A DNA stretch of 64,000 nucleotides from Gemmatimonadales bacterium (lineage in GTDB: Bacteria > Gemmatimonadota > Gemmatimonadetes > Gemmatimonadales > GWC2-71-9), in the NCBI GenBank assembly GCA_036558125.1, contig DATBGE010000082.1:5781-69780 (forward strand). Reading direction: 5' to 3'. A program made the translations under genes and the position numbers. Position 1 is the stretch's first letter. Each line of letters begins with the position of its first letter. Below are positions 10,501-18,409 of this stretch, piece after piece. The notes beneath the pieces are model-generated. The model saw nothing but the letters and a program-made list of their open reading frames with translations. It had not been told where the DNA came from and searched no databases.

Positions 10501-10568
10501 TCGAAGAGCTCAATGTGCGGCCGGCGATCACCTACCTGGCGAAGGTTCTCCACCGGACGGAGGCCTGA
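7551..10568 (+). CDS. actB: Alternative Complex III subunit ActB (molybdopterin-oxidoreductase-like + 4Fe-4S ferredoxin fusion)
   Basis: Tat signal RRRFLTVLGATGAGA, an N-terminal Cys cluster (CTECSAGC), and C-terminal ferredoxin cysteine clusters (CTGCSACVTAC, CQHCDAAPCEPVCP, CVGTRYCSNNCP, CTMCVHR). Confidence 0.9.
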   Translation: MSDETPKEGMDRRRFLTVLGATGAGAMVVSGCSTERIEKLVPYMVQSEDQVPGIPTFYASTCTECSAGCGLHVKTREGRAIKLEGNPQHPVNAGKICSHGESALQGLYNPGRLTGPKTRQPDGSFKDVTWDEAIAALAGKLSGAAGKVAVISGAGRGTFSDLLAEWTAAAGGRVVRYEPFAHEALRAANLRTFGTNELPAHDFSAAKYIISFGADFLENWLSPLENQRGFAKSHGYDNGTMAKHVAFAPRMSLTGMNADEWHPTKPGADTAIVLAMANVLLSERSGNPADSNALRGALAAFTPEKAQETSGVGAEVIRRVAREFASAKPSLAVAGGIGNQHRAAVDLCAAVNLLNYIAGNVGTTVKFGSDLDGGEGYGAIEALGADMDGGRVSLVLVHEANPVYSLPVKGGFAEKFKKVSFKVSTSLYLDETAAMCDLLLPGLHALERWDDLRPRRGVIGLMQPVMQPVFACMATGDVLLKTAQKAGGAFGRFNAPSWEAYLKTQWQTVARAQGATDTESFWRAALQRGGVYTDAPVTPVRLTASAGQIGSTAASFDGTEGGDSYWFAPYASTMGDGRFANRPWILELSDPVTKITWHSWVEIHPELAKRLDVREGEMVRLTSPHGSIEAPAYIYPGLHPDVVAVPLGLGHTAYGDYAKGRGVNALDLLDAKDGNGFLPYVATRVTLSKSGQYKKLAKTEGTTRQLGRGISDAMTLEQAKKGLTPALALEEQGHAEHEVNTEREVEAIHGFRESQLEKRKHGAYVAEQPMWGMAIDLAKCTGCSACVTACYAENNIPHVGEDEVRRGREITWIRIERFWEGGGDTGDPLEPRVIPMMCQHCDAAPCEPVCPVYAAYHTPDGLNGQVYNRCVGTRYCSNNCPYKVRYFNWFAYAKKAFPEPLNLQLNPDVTVRARGVMEKCTMCVHRIRGAQNAARLEGRELREGDVNTACAQACPSDAIVFGNMKDPGSRVMALKTNHRGYHVFEELNVRPAITYLAKVLHRTEA

Positions 10569-10571
10569 GCG

Positions 10572-11921
10572 ATGGCCGTCATAGCGCACGAGCCGCAGCA
10601 TCCGACCCAGACCCACGCCGAGGTCACCCGCGACGTCGTCAACACGCTGGGGACCGCGGACCGGGGTTATTTCATCGCGCTCGGTGTGGCGGTGCTCTGC
10701 CTGCTGGTGGGGCTCGGCACGTTCACCATGCTGCTCAAGGACGGGCTGGGGCTGGCGGGCTATTCACCGCCGACCATGTGGGCGGTGTACATCACGACTT
10801 TCGTGTTCTGGATCGGTATCGGCCACGCCGGAACCCTGATCTCGGCGATCCTGTTCCTGTTCCGCTCCCCGTGGCGTACCGCGGTCTACCGGGCCACCGA
10901 AGCGATGACCGTGTTCGCCGTGATGACGGCCGGTCTCTTCCCGATCATCCATATCGGCCGCCAGTGGTTCTTCTACTGGCTGCTGCCCTATCCGAACGCG
11001 CGGTTCCTCTGGCCCAACTTCAAGTCGCCCCTGATCTGGGACGTCTTCGCGATCTCCACCTACCTCACGGTCTCCACGACCTTCCTCTGCGTGGGACTGG
11101 TGCCGGACATCGCCGCGGCGCGGGACAAGATGCGGGGGTGGCGACACCAGGTGTACTCGTTCTTCTCCCTGGGGTGGAAAGGCACCGACAATCAGTGGCG
11201 GCACTACACCCGTGCTTATCTCTACCTGGCGGCGCTGGCGACTCCGCTGGTACTGTCGGTGCACTCGGTGGTGTCGTGGGATTTCGCGATGAGCATCATC
11301 CCCGGATGGCATGGGACGATCTTCGCTCCCTACTTCGTCGCCGGCGCCATCTACTCCGGCGTTGGCATGGTGTTGACGATCCTGATCCCGCTCCGCAAGG
11401 CGCTCAAGATCGAGCACATGATCACCGAGTACCACTTCGACAACCTGGCCAAGCTGACTCTGCTGACCGGATCGATCCTGTTCTATGCCTACGCGATGGA
11501 GTACTTCATCGCCTGGTACAGCGGCAACCCGTTTGAGCAGGAAACCTTCTGGCGCCGAGCCTTCGGCCCGATGTGGTGGGCCGGCTGGACCATGATCATC
11601 TGCAACGCGTTCGTGTCCCAGCTGTTCTGGTTCCGGAAGATCCGCACCAATCTCACGGCGCTATTCGTCCTCTCGATCTTCGTCAACATCGGGATGTGGT
11701 TCGAGCGGTACGTCATCATCGTCTCGAGCCTCAGCAACGACTACAATCCCTACGCCTGGGGCCAGATGACCCCGACCTGGGCCGACTGGGGAATCCTGCT
11801 CGGTTCGTTCGGCTGGTTCAGCATGTGGTTCCTGCTGTTCGCCCGGACCTTCCCGGTCGTGGCGATCCAGGAGCTCAAGGAAATGATCCCGATGCCGCGG
11901 TTGAGAAAGGGAGGCCACTGA
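10572..11921 (+). CDS. actC: Alternative Complex III subunit ActC (NrfD/PsrC-like quinol-interacting membrane subunit)
   Basis: Polytopic membrane protein with NrfD-like sequence, starting 4 nt after the actB stop. Confidence 0.9.
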   Translation: MAVIAHEPQHPTQTHAEVTRDVVNTLGTADRGYFIALGVAVLCLLVGLGTFTMLLKDGLGLAGYSPPTMWAVYITTFVFWIGIGHAGTLISAILFLFRSPWRTAVYRATEAMTVFAVMTAGLFPIIHIGRQWFFYWLLPYPNARFLWPNFKSPLIWDVFAISTYLTVSTTFLCVGLVPDIAAARDKMRGWRHQVYSFFSLGWKGTDNQWRHYTRAYLYLAALATPLVLSVHSVVSWDFAMSIIPGWHGTIFAPYFVAGAIYSGVGMVLTILIPLRKALKIEHMITEYHFDNLAKLTLLTGSILFYAYAMEYFIAWYSGNPFEQETFWRRAFGPMWWAGWTMIICNAFVSQLFWFRKIRTNLTALFVLSIFVNIGMWFERYVIIVSSLSNDYNPYAWGQMTPTWADWGILLGSFGWFSMWFLLFARTFPVVAIQELKEMIPMPRLRKGGH

Positions 11922-12430
11922 TGGCCAAACCCGTCCCCGGCGTCCTGGCAGTCTTCGAGCACATCGACGCGGCTTGTGACGCCATCAAGACGCTTCGGGC
12001 TCAAGGCAAGCGAAACTTTACGGTCTATTCCGCAGCGCCGAACCACGAGCTGGAAGAGGCCCTGGGGGTGACCAACAGTCCGGTGCGTCTCTTCACCCTG
12101 ATCGGTGGGATGACCGGATGTCTGGCCGGTGTCGGCATGACCTTCTGGATGTCGCTCGACTGGCCCTTGCTCGTGGGCGGCAAGCCGATCGCGACCTTCC
12201 CACCCTACGTGGTGTTCATGTTCGAGCTGATGGTCCTGATTGGCGCGCTGAGCACGGTGACTGGATTGGTGCTGCTGAGTCTCACCAAACGCACCACCGG
12301 ACTCGCCTACGATCCCTCGTTCTCGGACGACCGGATCGGCATCTTCGTGCCGTCCGGCGGCGAGAGCGGCGCGGAAATCGAGCGGATCGTCCGGGATGCC
12401 GGGGCGGTGGAGGTGCGCAATGCGGCGTAA
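11921..12430 (+). CDS. actD: Alternative Complex III subunit ActD (DUF3341-type)
   Basis: ATG at 11921 overlaps the actC TGA (TGATG). MAKPVPGVLAVFEHIDAACDAIKTLRAQG followed by two TM helices is typical of ActD. The longer upstream ORF start would overlap actC. Confidence 0.75.
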   Translation: MAKPVPGVLAVFEHIDAACDAIKTLRAQGKRNFTVYSAAPNHELEEALGVTNSPVRLFTLIGGMTGCLAGVGMTFWMSLDWPLLVGGKPIATFPPYVVFMFELMVLIGALSTVTGLVLLSLTKRTTGLAYDPSFSDDRIGIFVPSGGESGAEIERIVRDAGAVEVRNAA

Positions 12431-13019
12431 CACCCTGCGCGCCTTCGCACTCGTCCTGCTGGCAGGGCTCGGCTCCTCCTGTGATTTCTACTACAACGAC
12501 GTGCCGTCGCCGGACGACGCACTGCACCTGGTGCCCTGGTTCGACGCCATGATCTTCCAGCGCTCGATCTCTCCGTATCAGCGCGCCGATGTCCCGCGCT
12601 ACACGGTCCCCGGCACGGTACCAGTCACCGGTGGGGAAGAGAGCTGGCAGGTGGGGGACCCGTTGCAGCTGGCCTACGGCTTCGACCAGGCCGTGGCGGA
12701 TAAGGTGGCGAATCCGCTCGCCGGTCAGGCCGCGACCGCGGTGGGCGATACGCTCTACCACACGTACTGCACTCCCTGCCACGGACCCGTCGGAGCCGGT
12801 GATGGGCTGGTCGGCGTCAAGATCGGCGCTCCATCGTTGCTCACGGACCGCGCCAGGGGATACACCGACGGCTACATCTACAGCATCATCCGTTACGGGC
12901 GAGGGGTCATGCCGCTCTACGGCGACAAGGTACGGGGCGAGAATCGGTGGCAGATTGTGAATTTCGTCCGCCAGCTTCAGGGATCCGGGCCGGCTCCCGC
13001 CGCGGGAGGAGCCCAATAA
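12420..13019 (+). CDS. actE: Alternative Complex III subunit ActE (monoheme cytochrome c lipoprotein)
   Basis: Single CTPCH heme motif and a lipobox LLAGLGSSC. ATG at 12420 overlaps the end of actD. Confidence 0.8.
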   Translation: MRRNTLRAFALVLLAGLGSSCDFYYNDVPSPDDALHLVPWFDAMIFQRSISPYQRADVPRYTVPGTVPVTGGEESWQVGDPLQLAYGFDQAVADKVANPLAGQAATAVGDTLYHTYCTPCHGPVGAGDGLVGVKIGAPSLLTDRARGYTDGYIYSIIRYGRGVMPLYGDKVRGENRWQIVNFVRQLQGSGPAPAAGGAQ

Positions 13020-14380
13020 TGGCCAGCTCCGTCGTCCGGGAAACTCTCTCGATCCGCGCCCTGTCGGCGCGCTACAACCTGTTCGTCGGCTTGGGCGCGG
13101 TGCTGGCCGTGATCGGTCTCATCCTTCTCGCGCTCGCGCTCACTGGAGCACAGGCCGATCGCGCCTGGCATCTCTTTCACGTGAACTGGGTCTTCTTCAC
13201 CAGCCTCACCGGCGGCAGCATGGCCTTCGTGGCGGTGCAGAAGGTGACCAAGGCCAAGTGGTCCGGCCTGATGATCCGGTTCTCGGAAGCAGCCGCCTTC
13301 CTGTTCTTTCCGGTATCGCTGATTGGATTCCTGCTGATCTTCACGGTCGGCTACAGCCACATCTTCCCGGCGATGGAAGGGTTGGGGCACGCCAAAGAGA
13401 TCTGGCTGTCCCACAGCTTCATGTTCTGGCGGCTCTTTATCGGCCTCTGCCTGCTTTACTACCTGGGCTACCGGCTGATCAGAGCCGACATGATTCCGGA
13501 CATGTTTGAGACCAAGGCCCTGCTCACCGGCCGGCGCCGGACCATGTACGATCGCTGGACCGCCGGGTATGACGACTCGCCCGAGGCCAGAGCCCGAAAC
13601 GATCACACCATCTACACCCTCGCGCCCGCGTACGTGGTGGTCTACGCGCTCGTCTTCACGTGGGTGGCATTCGACATGGTGATGGGCCTGCAGCCCCACT
13701 GGTTCTCCAACCTGTTCGGCGGCTGGTTCTTCATGGGTGCGTTCCTGGGAGCCCATACCCTCCTCGCGCTCCTGATGCTCTACGGGCGGAAGGAGGTGGG
13801 TATCACCGCGTTCGTGTCCCCCAAGCAGCGGCACGACCTGGGCAAGCTCTGCTTCGGCTTCACCGTCTTCTGGGCCTACCTGATGTGGGCTCAGTTCCTG
13901 GTGATCTGGTATGGCAACCTTCCAGAGGAGACTGGATTCCTCTTTGCCCGACTCTGGGGTCCTTGGCGGCCGATCGGCAGCATCGTATTCCTCGGCATGT
14001 TCGTCATTCCCTTCTTCGGCCTGCTTGGAGTTCTGCCCAAGAAGGTGCCGTTTACCATGGCGCTCTTCACCGCGATCAGCCTGGTATCGCTCTGGCTGGA
14101 GCGGTATCTCGACGTCATGCCCTCGGTAACTCGCGAGCCGGGTCCCGTGTTCGGCCTTCCCGAGTTCGCCTCGACCGCGGCGTTCCTGGGACTCTTTCTG
14201 TTGTGCTACGGGATCTTCGCCCGCACCTTCCCGATGGTTTCTCCCCGGCTCGCCGAGATTACCCTCGATCGGGAGCGCGGGCATGTACTTCAGGAAGTCA
14301 CCGGCGAGTTCGAGCATGAAGAGGCGCCGGGCGATTACGTGGCCGCGGACGTGATCGAGCGGAGACACAAAGAGCGGTGA
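13019..14380 (+). CDS. actF: Alternative Complex III subunit ActF (second NrfD-like membrane subunit)
   Basis: ATG at 13019 overlaps the actE TAA (TAATG). Polytopic membrane protein paralogous to ActC. Confidence 0.85.
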   Translation: MASSVVRETLSIRALSARYNLFVGLGAVLAVIGLILLALALTGAQADRAWHLFHVNWVFFTSLTGGSMAFVAVQKVTKAKWSGLMIRFSEAAAFLFFPVSLIGFLLIFTVGYSHIFPAMEGLGHAKEIWLSHSFMFWRLFIGLCLLYYLGYRLIRADMIPDMFETKALLTGRRRTMYDRWTAGYDDSPEARARNDHTIYTLAPAYVVVYALVFTWVAFDMVMGLQPHWFSNLFGGWFFMGAFLGAHTLLALLMLYGRKEVGITAFVSPKQRHDLGKLCFGFTVFWAYLMWAQFLVIWYGNLPEETGFLFARLWGPWRPIGSIVFLGMFVIPFFGLLGVLPKKVPFTMALFTAISLVSLWLERYLDVMPSVTREPGPVFGLPEFASTAAFLGLFLLCYGIFARTFPMVSPRLAEITLDRERGHVLQEVTGEFEHEEAPGDYVAADVIERRHKER

Positions 14381-14425
14381 ACGGTGAACGGTGAACGGTG
14401 AACAGTGAACGGTAATCGGTGATGC
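14377..14425 (+). repeat. Tandem heptamer array (GTGAACG x7, last units degenerate) starting in the actF stop codon
   Basis: GTGAACG GTGAACG GTGAACG GTGAACA GTGAACG GTAATCG GTGATGC. A partial inverse copy (CCCCGTTCCCCGTTCCC) lies at 14480-14497, on the far side of the hairpin. Confidence 0.8.
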
Positions 14426-14431
14426 AAATCA

Positions 14432-14465
14432 GAGCCCTCCTCGGCGTAGCGCCGCAGGAGGGCTC
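14432..14465. terminator. GC-rich hairpin between convergent actF and anti-sigma genes
   Basis: GAGCCCTCCT-N14-AGGAGGGCTC gives a perfect 10-bp stem. There is no clear U-tract, so terminator function is inferred from position only. Confidence 0.45.
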
Positions 14466-14509
14466 AATCACTTGGGAACACCCCGTTCCCCGTTCCCTTT
14501 TCCCCGCTT

Positions 14510-15556
14510 TCAGTACCTCCGCCGCACGCCCCCTCTCGAAATCATCAGGCTGCCGAGCACCTTCGAGGGCCCCGTTACGGCGAGCATCCGGTCTCCCTGG
14601 CGCAAAGTCAGCGTCATCTTGTCCGGCTGGGTGCTATTCGCAGCGTCCGGTTGGCGGCTCGAGGCGTCCTCAGCCTCCTGATTGGCAATCAGCGAGGAGA
14701 CCTTGGCGGCCGGGCCCTCGATAGTCCGGATGAGCTGGCCGTCCTCCAGCTGCTGATCGACCGCGGTGACCTCGGCACCTGCCTCACCCGGTTGCACTTG
14801 AACCTGGATCACCGGCAAACCGGGCACCCGAGGGAGCTGGCTGGGAGTCGACGGCTCCAGCCCATCAACGCCGACGTTGCGCCAGAGGCCCTGCAGGTTC
14901 CCCCCGCTCACCGAGGGCTGGCTCTCTACCGAGAACACTTCCTGAGAGGTCTGGTCGGTACCCTCCGAGGCAGGTGCGTAGGACGCTACCATTACCTCGG
15001 CCGACTCGTCCGCAACCTGGAACGCCGCCACTGGCAGACGGGCCGACGTCGGCTGGCGGAGTGCCACGGCTTGCCTGGGACGGTTCGGCTCGGGTCTGGC
15101 GGTCTGGATGGCGGGAACGGCGAGGGGCGGGCTGTCGGATGGGAGCAAGCGGATCGCGACCGGCGCAACGGCGATGGGCGCGTCCGCCTGGAGCCGGGCC
15201 ATCTCGGCCTGGACTCGCTGATTCATCTTCCAACCCAGTCCTGCCGCCACGATCAGGCTGGCGGCCCACCCAGCCCGCACCGTCCACTGGCGGCGCCACC
15301 GGCGTTCCGCGTCGTAGCGGTCGCGCAAAGTGGCGAAGCTTGGCGGAAGAATCGGTCCGGGACCCAGGCGGGCGAGCAGCGCAGTGGTGCGGTCCCTGAG
15401 CCCAGCCGTGTCATCCCGGAGGGCGCTGCAGCCGGGACATTCGGCGAGGTGACTCTCGATTTCCACGCACTGAGAACGGCTCAGCGCCTGGTCGAGATAG
15501 GCATGCAATTCTTCGTCAGGAATGTGCCGCACGGCTCTGCTGTTCCATTCGATCAT
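14510..15556 (-). CDS. Anti-sigma factor (zf-HC2 type) with single TM and extracytoplasmic domain
   Basis: The N-terminal motif HLAECPGCSALRDD has the H-x3-C-x2-C pattern. A central hydrophobic helix is present, and the gene lies directly downstream of the ECF sigma. The start may be internal because the ORF overlaps the sigma gene by 41 nt. Confidence 0.75.
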   Translation of the reverse strand: MIEWNSRAVRHIPDEELHAYLDQALSRSQCVEIESHLAECPGCSALRDDTAGLRDRTTALLARLGPGPILPPSFATLRDRYDAERRWRRQWTVRAGWAASLIVAAGLGWKMNQRVQAEMARLQADAPIAVAPVAIRLLPSDSPPLAVPAIQTARPEPNRPRQAVALRQPTSARLPVAAFQVADESAEVMVASYAPASEGTDQTSQEVFSVESQPSVSGGNLQGLWRNVGVDGLEPSTPSQLPRVPGLPVIQVQVQPGEAGAEVTAVDQQLEDGQLIRTIEGPAAKVSSLIANQEAEDASSRQPDAANSTQPDKMTLTLRQGDRMLAVTGPSKVLGSLMISRGGVRRRY

Positions 15557-16028
15557 ATGCGTCGACCAACCGCTTCCGGGCCCTGGCCAACGTCGTGCCT
15601 ACCGCGCCCAGAGCCAGGCCAGTTTGCTGGGCGATTTCGGGATAACTCATACCGGCGTCCCATAACAGCAGCACCTCCCGGTCCCGCTTGGTGAGAGCTC
15701 CCAAAGCCGCTTCTACCTTCGAACGTCGTTCGTCCTGCTCGACCGTCTCTTCTGCCGAGGGCTGAATCGACGGGAGGGTGACCGGGTCATCCTTCAACAG
15801 GGTCAGGTGCCGTTTGCGTCTCACAGCGGCGCGAGCTTCATCCCGCGCCAGGTTTGCTGCGACCGCAAATAACCAGGCCCGCGGCTTCTCCGGCCGGTGG
15901 GCCATGGCCCGCATAAAGACTTCCTGGGCCAGATCCTGTGCTCTATCCGCGTCCCAGACCCGTCGGTACAGAAATCGTACGACGGTAGAATAGGTGGTGC
16001 GGTAGAGTTCCTCCAATTCATCTGCCAT
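15516..16028 (-). CDS. ECF-type RNA polymerase sigma-70 factor
   Basis: Region 2 (DLAQEVFMRA) and region 4 (SYPEIAQQTGLALGAVGTTLARARKRL) motifs in a 170-aa protein. Confidence 0.9.
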   Translation of the reverse strand: MADELEELYRTTYSTVVRFLYRRVWDADRAQDLAQEVFMRAMAHRPEKPRAWLFAVAANLARDEARAAVRRKRHLTLLKDDPVTLPSIQPSAEETVEQDERRSKVEAALGALTKRDREVLLLWDAGMSYPEIAQQTGLALGAVGTTLARARKRLVDAYDRMEQQSRAAHS

Positions 16029-16109
16029 CGGCTATCTCCGGAAGTCCCGCGGCTCCAAGATTGACGCGGAACTCCGTTTAACCCACACACTTGACCGTTT
16101 CTGCTGCTG

Positions 16110-16964
16110 CTACTTTTTCTTTCTTTTCCGCCCCGAGGAGGTCCCGAAGACACACCCCGGATGCAGCCCTTTGCCTTTCGGGGGCCAATCGCTGCACAGG
16201 TCGGGTTTGGCCGGACGGCCATCCTCCCTGGTGCGGCCGTGGAGCGAGCAATTCCGGGTGCCGGCCTCGAGATACCCGCAGGCCGAGATGATTTCGGCCT
16301 CCAGGGAGTGATCCCCCTCCCTGGTGACCTTACAAAGATAGGGGGACCGGCGCGAACGAACGAGGGCCTCCAGCTCCACGTCCCCGCGCTCGCAGAGGAT
16401 CTCGACCTGGAGGTCGCGGCAGCAGGCAGCTCCAATTCGGTTGTCCGCTGTCCGGCAGGGGGCCGTCGCGCAGGGGTTGTCTCCCTGGAGAACGGGGAGG
16501 CTCCGCCGCCGCACATCCGGAAGGACTTTTCTGACCGCTTTGTGGTCCTGAATAACCTGAAACCGGTTGGAACCGAGTTGTCGTGGCTGGGGGGCCCCGG
16601 CTGTAATTGCAGGCGCCGACCCTTCGAATCCGTGGACCCGGCAGCGTGCTTCTCCGGAGTTTCCCGTCTTGAGATGCCGGCATGTGACGTGGAGCACTGC
16701 CGGAACGAGCAATTCCTCGCCCTTTATGCGCAGTTCTCCGAAGGTGACTTGGGCTGTATGCCCCAGCAGCCAGGTTGCCTCGTGATCCAGCGACTCGGGG
16801 CCTTCCTCGAGGGATCCAATCTTGAGGACCACAGGGAGCTCACGGCACTGTTTTCCGAGGCCGGAACACGAGGGAACAGGCCTCCCATTTTCAGACCGGC
16901 TCGCTATCTTTGTGCCCGAATTCACAAGCCCGCTTTCAAACCCTCTGACGGAGGATGGTTGCAA
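16110..16964 (-). CDS. Cysteine-rich hypothetical protein (possible YkgJ/CxxCxxCC-like metal-cluster protein)
   Basis: Multiple Cys motifs (C-x4-C...AACC, and C-x16-C-SDWP resembling the C..RP..C..aP end of YkgJ proteins) and a basic tail. It is on the same strand as, and upstream of, the ECF sigma. The start is uncertain. An equally long ORF lies on the opposite strand, and third-position GC did not separate the two cleanly. Confidence 0.4.
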   Translation of the reverse strand: MQPSSVRGFESGLVNSGTKIASRSENGRPVPSCSGLGKQCRELPVVLKIGSLEEGPESLDHEATWLLGHTAQVTFGELRIKGEELLVPAVLHVTCRHLKTGNSGEARCRVHGFEGSAPAITAGAPQPRQLGSNRFQVIQDHKAVRKVLPDVRRRSLPVLQGDNPCATAPCRTADNRIGAACCRDLQVEILCERGDVELEALVRSRRSPYLCKVTREGDHSLEAEIISACGYLEAGTRNCSLHGRTREDGRPAKPDLCSDWPPKGKGLHPGCVFGTSSGRKRKKK

Positions 16965-17443
16965 TGCGCGTGATCTCTCTCGCGGCGGGGTTGCTGCTCG
17001 CTGTCGCCGCGTGCGGTGGTGAAAAGAAGGCCCCGGAGCAGGCCGCCGCGGCGGACACGGGTGCCGCTGCTCCTGCCCCGTCAGCCCAGCAGGCGATGAC
17101 CGGCACCGGCACCACGGTTGACGTGAACATGGATTTCGACGGCAAGGTCGGCAAGTTCGATCCCGCGAACGTCACTATCAAGGCCGGTGATGTCGTGCGC
17201 TTTCACAATCACTCCGGCGGCCCGCACAACGTGGCCTTCGATAAGGATAGCATCCCGGCTGGCGCCGAGGCGGTCCTGAACGGCTCCATGAAGGATGTGA
17301 TTGCTCCGCTGACCGGCCCGATGCTGGTGCAGCCCGACCAGACCTACGAGATCTCCTTCGCGGGTGCTCCAGCGGGAGTCTACCATATCCACTGCACTCC
17401 GCACCTCGCTTTCAACATGCGGGGCACGATTACGGTGCAGTAA
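16964..17443 (+). CDS. Type-1 blue copper protein (plastocyanin/auracyanin-like cupredoxin), lipoprotein
   Basis: Copper ligands in HNVAF and YHIHCTPHLAFNM (C-x2-H-x4-M). Lipobox LLLAVAACGG. ATG at 16964 has GGAGG 9 nt upstream. Confidence 0.85.
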   Translation: MRVISLAAGLLLAVAACGGEKKAPEQAAAADTGAAAPAPSAQQAMTGTGTTVDVNMDFDGKVGKFDPANVTIKAGDVVRFHNHSGGPHNVAFDKDSIPAGAEAVLNGSMKDVIAPLTGPMLVQPDQTYEISFAGAPAGVYHIHCTPHLAFNMRGTITVQ

Positions 17444-17462
17444 GATAGTGATGGGTGAAAAG

Positions 17463-17504
17463 GACTGAGGAGTGAGAAGTCAGGACTGAGGGCTGAGATT
17501 GGAG
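17463..17504 (+). repeat. Tandem heptamer array (GACTGAG-like x6) downstream of the cupredoxin gene
   Basis: GACTGAG GAGTGAG AAGTCAG GACTGAG GGCTGAG ATTGGAG, immediately followed by a strong hairpin. Confidence 0.75.
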
Positions 17505-18409
17505 TCGAGGACCGAGTGCGAGGCGCGATGCCTCGCTTCGGTCCTCGATGCTTTTTCCTCCCGACTGCGTTCCGCCCACGCCCCGAACCCGGTAACCAGC
17601 AAGGCGAACGCCCCGCCGGCCAAGGCATCCACGCCGTAGTGCATCTGGCAGTAGACCACCCCGATAGAAAGAAGGACTGATGGCACCGTCAGTAGCCACC
17701 CGACCCATCGGGCTCCGAGAAATCCGGCGACCGTCGCGACAATCGCGGCCGCCACGTGCGACGAGGGGAACGCCGCACCATACGAACTCCCCTTGGCCAG
17801 GGTCGCATAAACCAGCCTGGCCATCGGATTGTCCATGATCACGGGGTCGGGTCGGGGAAACTCGTAGTACGGTCCGGCGACAGGAACAGCGAGGAACAGG
17901 AGGTAGCAGCCGAGGAAGGTTGCCGTGAGCCATAGGACCGAGCGCCGACAAGCCTGAATGCGGCCGGCGAAGAGAAAATACAGCACGGGCAACGCAACGA
18001 TCGGGTAGTAAGCGAAATAGGATGCGTGAAAGACGGTCGAGAGAAGCCGGCTCGGATGCGCCTGCCACCACTCCCGGGAAATCTGGCCGCCGAACAACAC
18101 CTGATCGGCGCGCATCGCCCACTCATCGTGCGTCGGGATGGCTCCGAAATTGTTGAGGATATCCAGTGCGCCGTAGGTAGAAGTAAGCAGGACCAGGGGA
18201 AAGATCTCGCGCAGCCCCCTTCCCAACGACCCGAGGTCCGCCCGCACGAACAGCGCGATCAGCAGGAGATAGAGTGCATTGGCGACAAGCACCCAGGCGC
18301 ACGCCGGCTGACTCTCAAACCGGACCAAGGCCAGGACGCTGGTGATCAGGAGATAACCGCCGACCAGGTACTCGACCGGACGAACGCGATGCCCGGCGTC
18401 CGGCCGCAT
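17480..18409 (-). CDS. PAP2-superfamily membrane protein (PAP2_3 / inositol-phosphorylceramide-synthase-like)
   Basis: The motifs AAFPSSHVAAA and CQMHYGVDALAG match the S-x-H and H-Y-x-x-D signatures in a polytopic protein. ATG at 18409 overlaps the upstream SDR stop (ATGA). The longer ORF start at 18523 would overlap the SDR gene. Confidence 0.8.
   Translation of the reverse strand: MRPDAGHRVRPVEYLVGGYLLITSVLALVRFESQPACAWVLVANALYLLLIALFVRADLGSLGRGLREIFPLVLLTSTYGALDILNNFGAIPTHDEWAMRADQVLFGGQISREWWQAHPSRLLSTVFHASYFAYYPIVALPVLYFLFAGRIQACRRSVLWLTATFLGCYLLFLAVPVAGPYYEFPRPDPVIMDNPMARLVYATLAKGSSYGAAFPSSHVAAAIVATVAGFLGARWVGWLLTVPSVLLSIGVVYCQMHYGVDALAGGAFALLVTGFGAWAERSREEKASRTEARHRASHSVLDSNLSPQS
17505..17558 (+). 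terminator. Intrinsic terminator of the cupredoxin gene
   Basis: TCGAGGACCGA...TCGGTCCTCGA (11-bp outer stem plus an inner GCGAGGC/GCCTCGC stem), followed by TGCTTTTTCC. Confidence 0.65.

Noticed and set aside
8727-10616. Very long antisense or alternative-frame ORFs: 8727..10616(-), 10061..11536(+), 12977..14368(-), 20609..21796(+), 36068..37240(+), 48276..50210(+), 4105..4965(-), 7536..8573(-) and 54062..55210(-).
   Set aside because: They overlap genes with clear family motifs on the other strand or frame. Their translations are Arg/Gly/Pro/His-rich low-complexity strings typical of shadow ORFs in high-GC DNA, and none shows a recognisable motif.
16161-16973. 270-aa plus-strand ORF opposite the cysteine-rich minus-strand ORF.
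   Set aside because: It would overlap and run through the cupredoxin start. The minus-strand product has spaced Cys motifs resembling a known metal-cluster family and fits the operon direction of the ECF sigma genes. Codon-position GC was not decisive, so the minus-strand call itself carries only 0.4 confidence.
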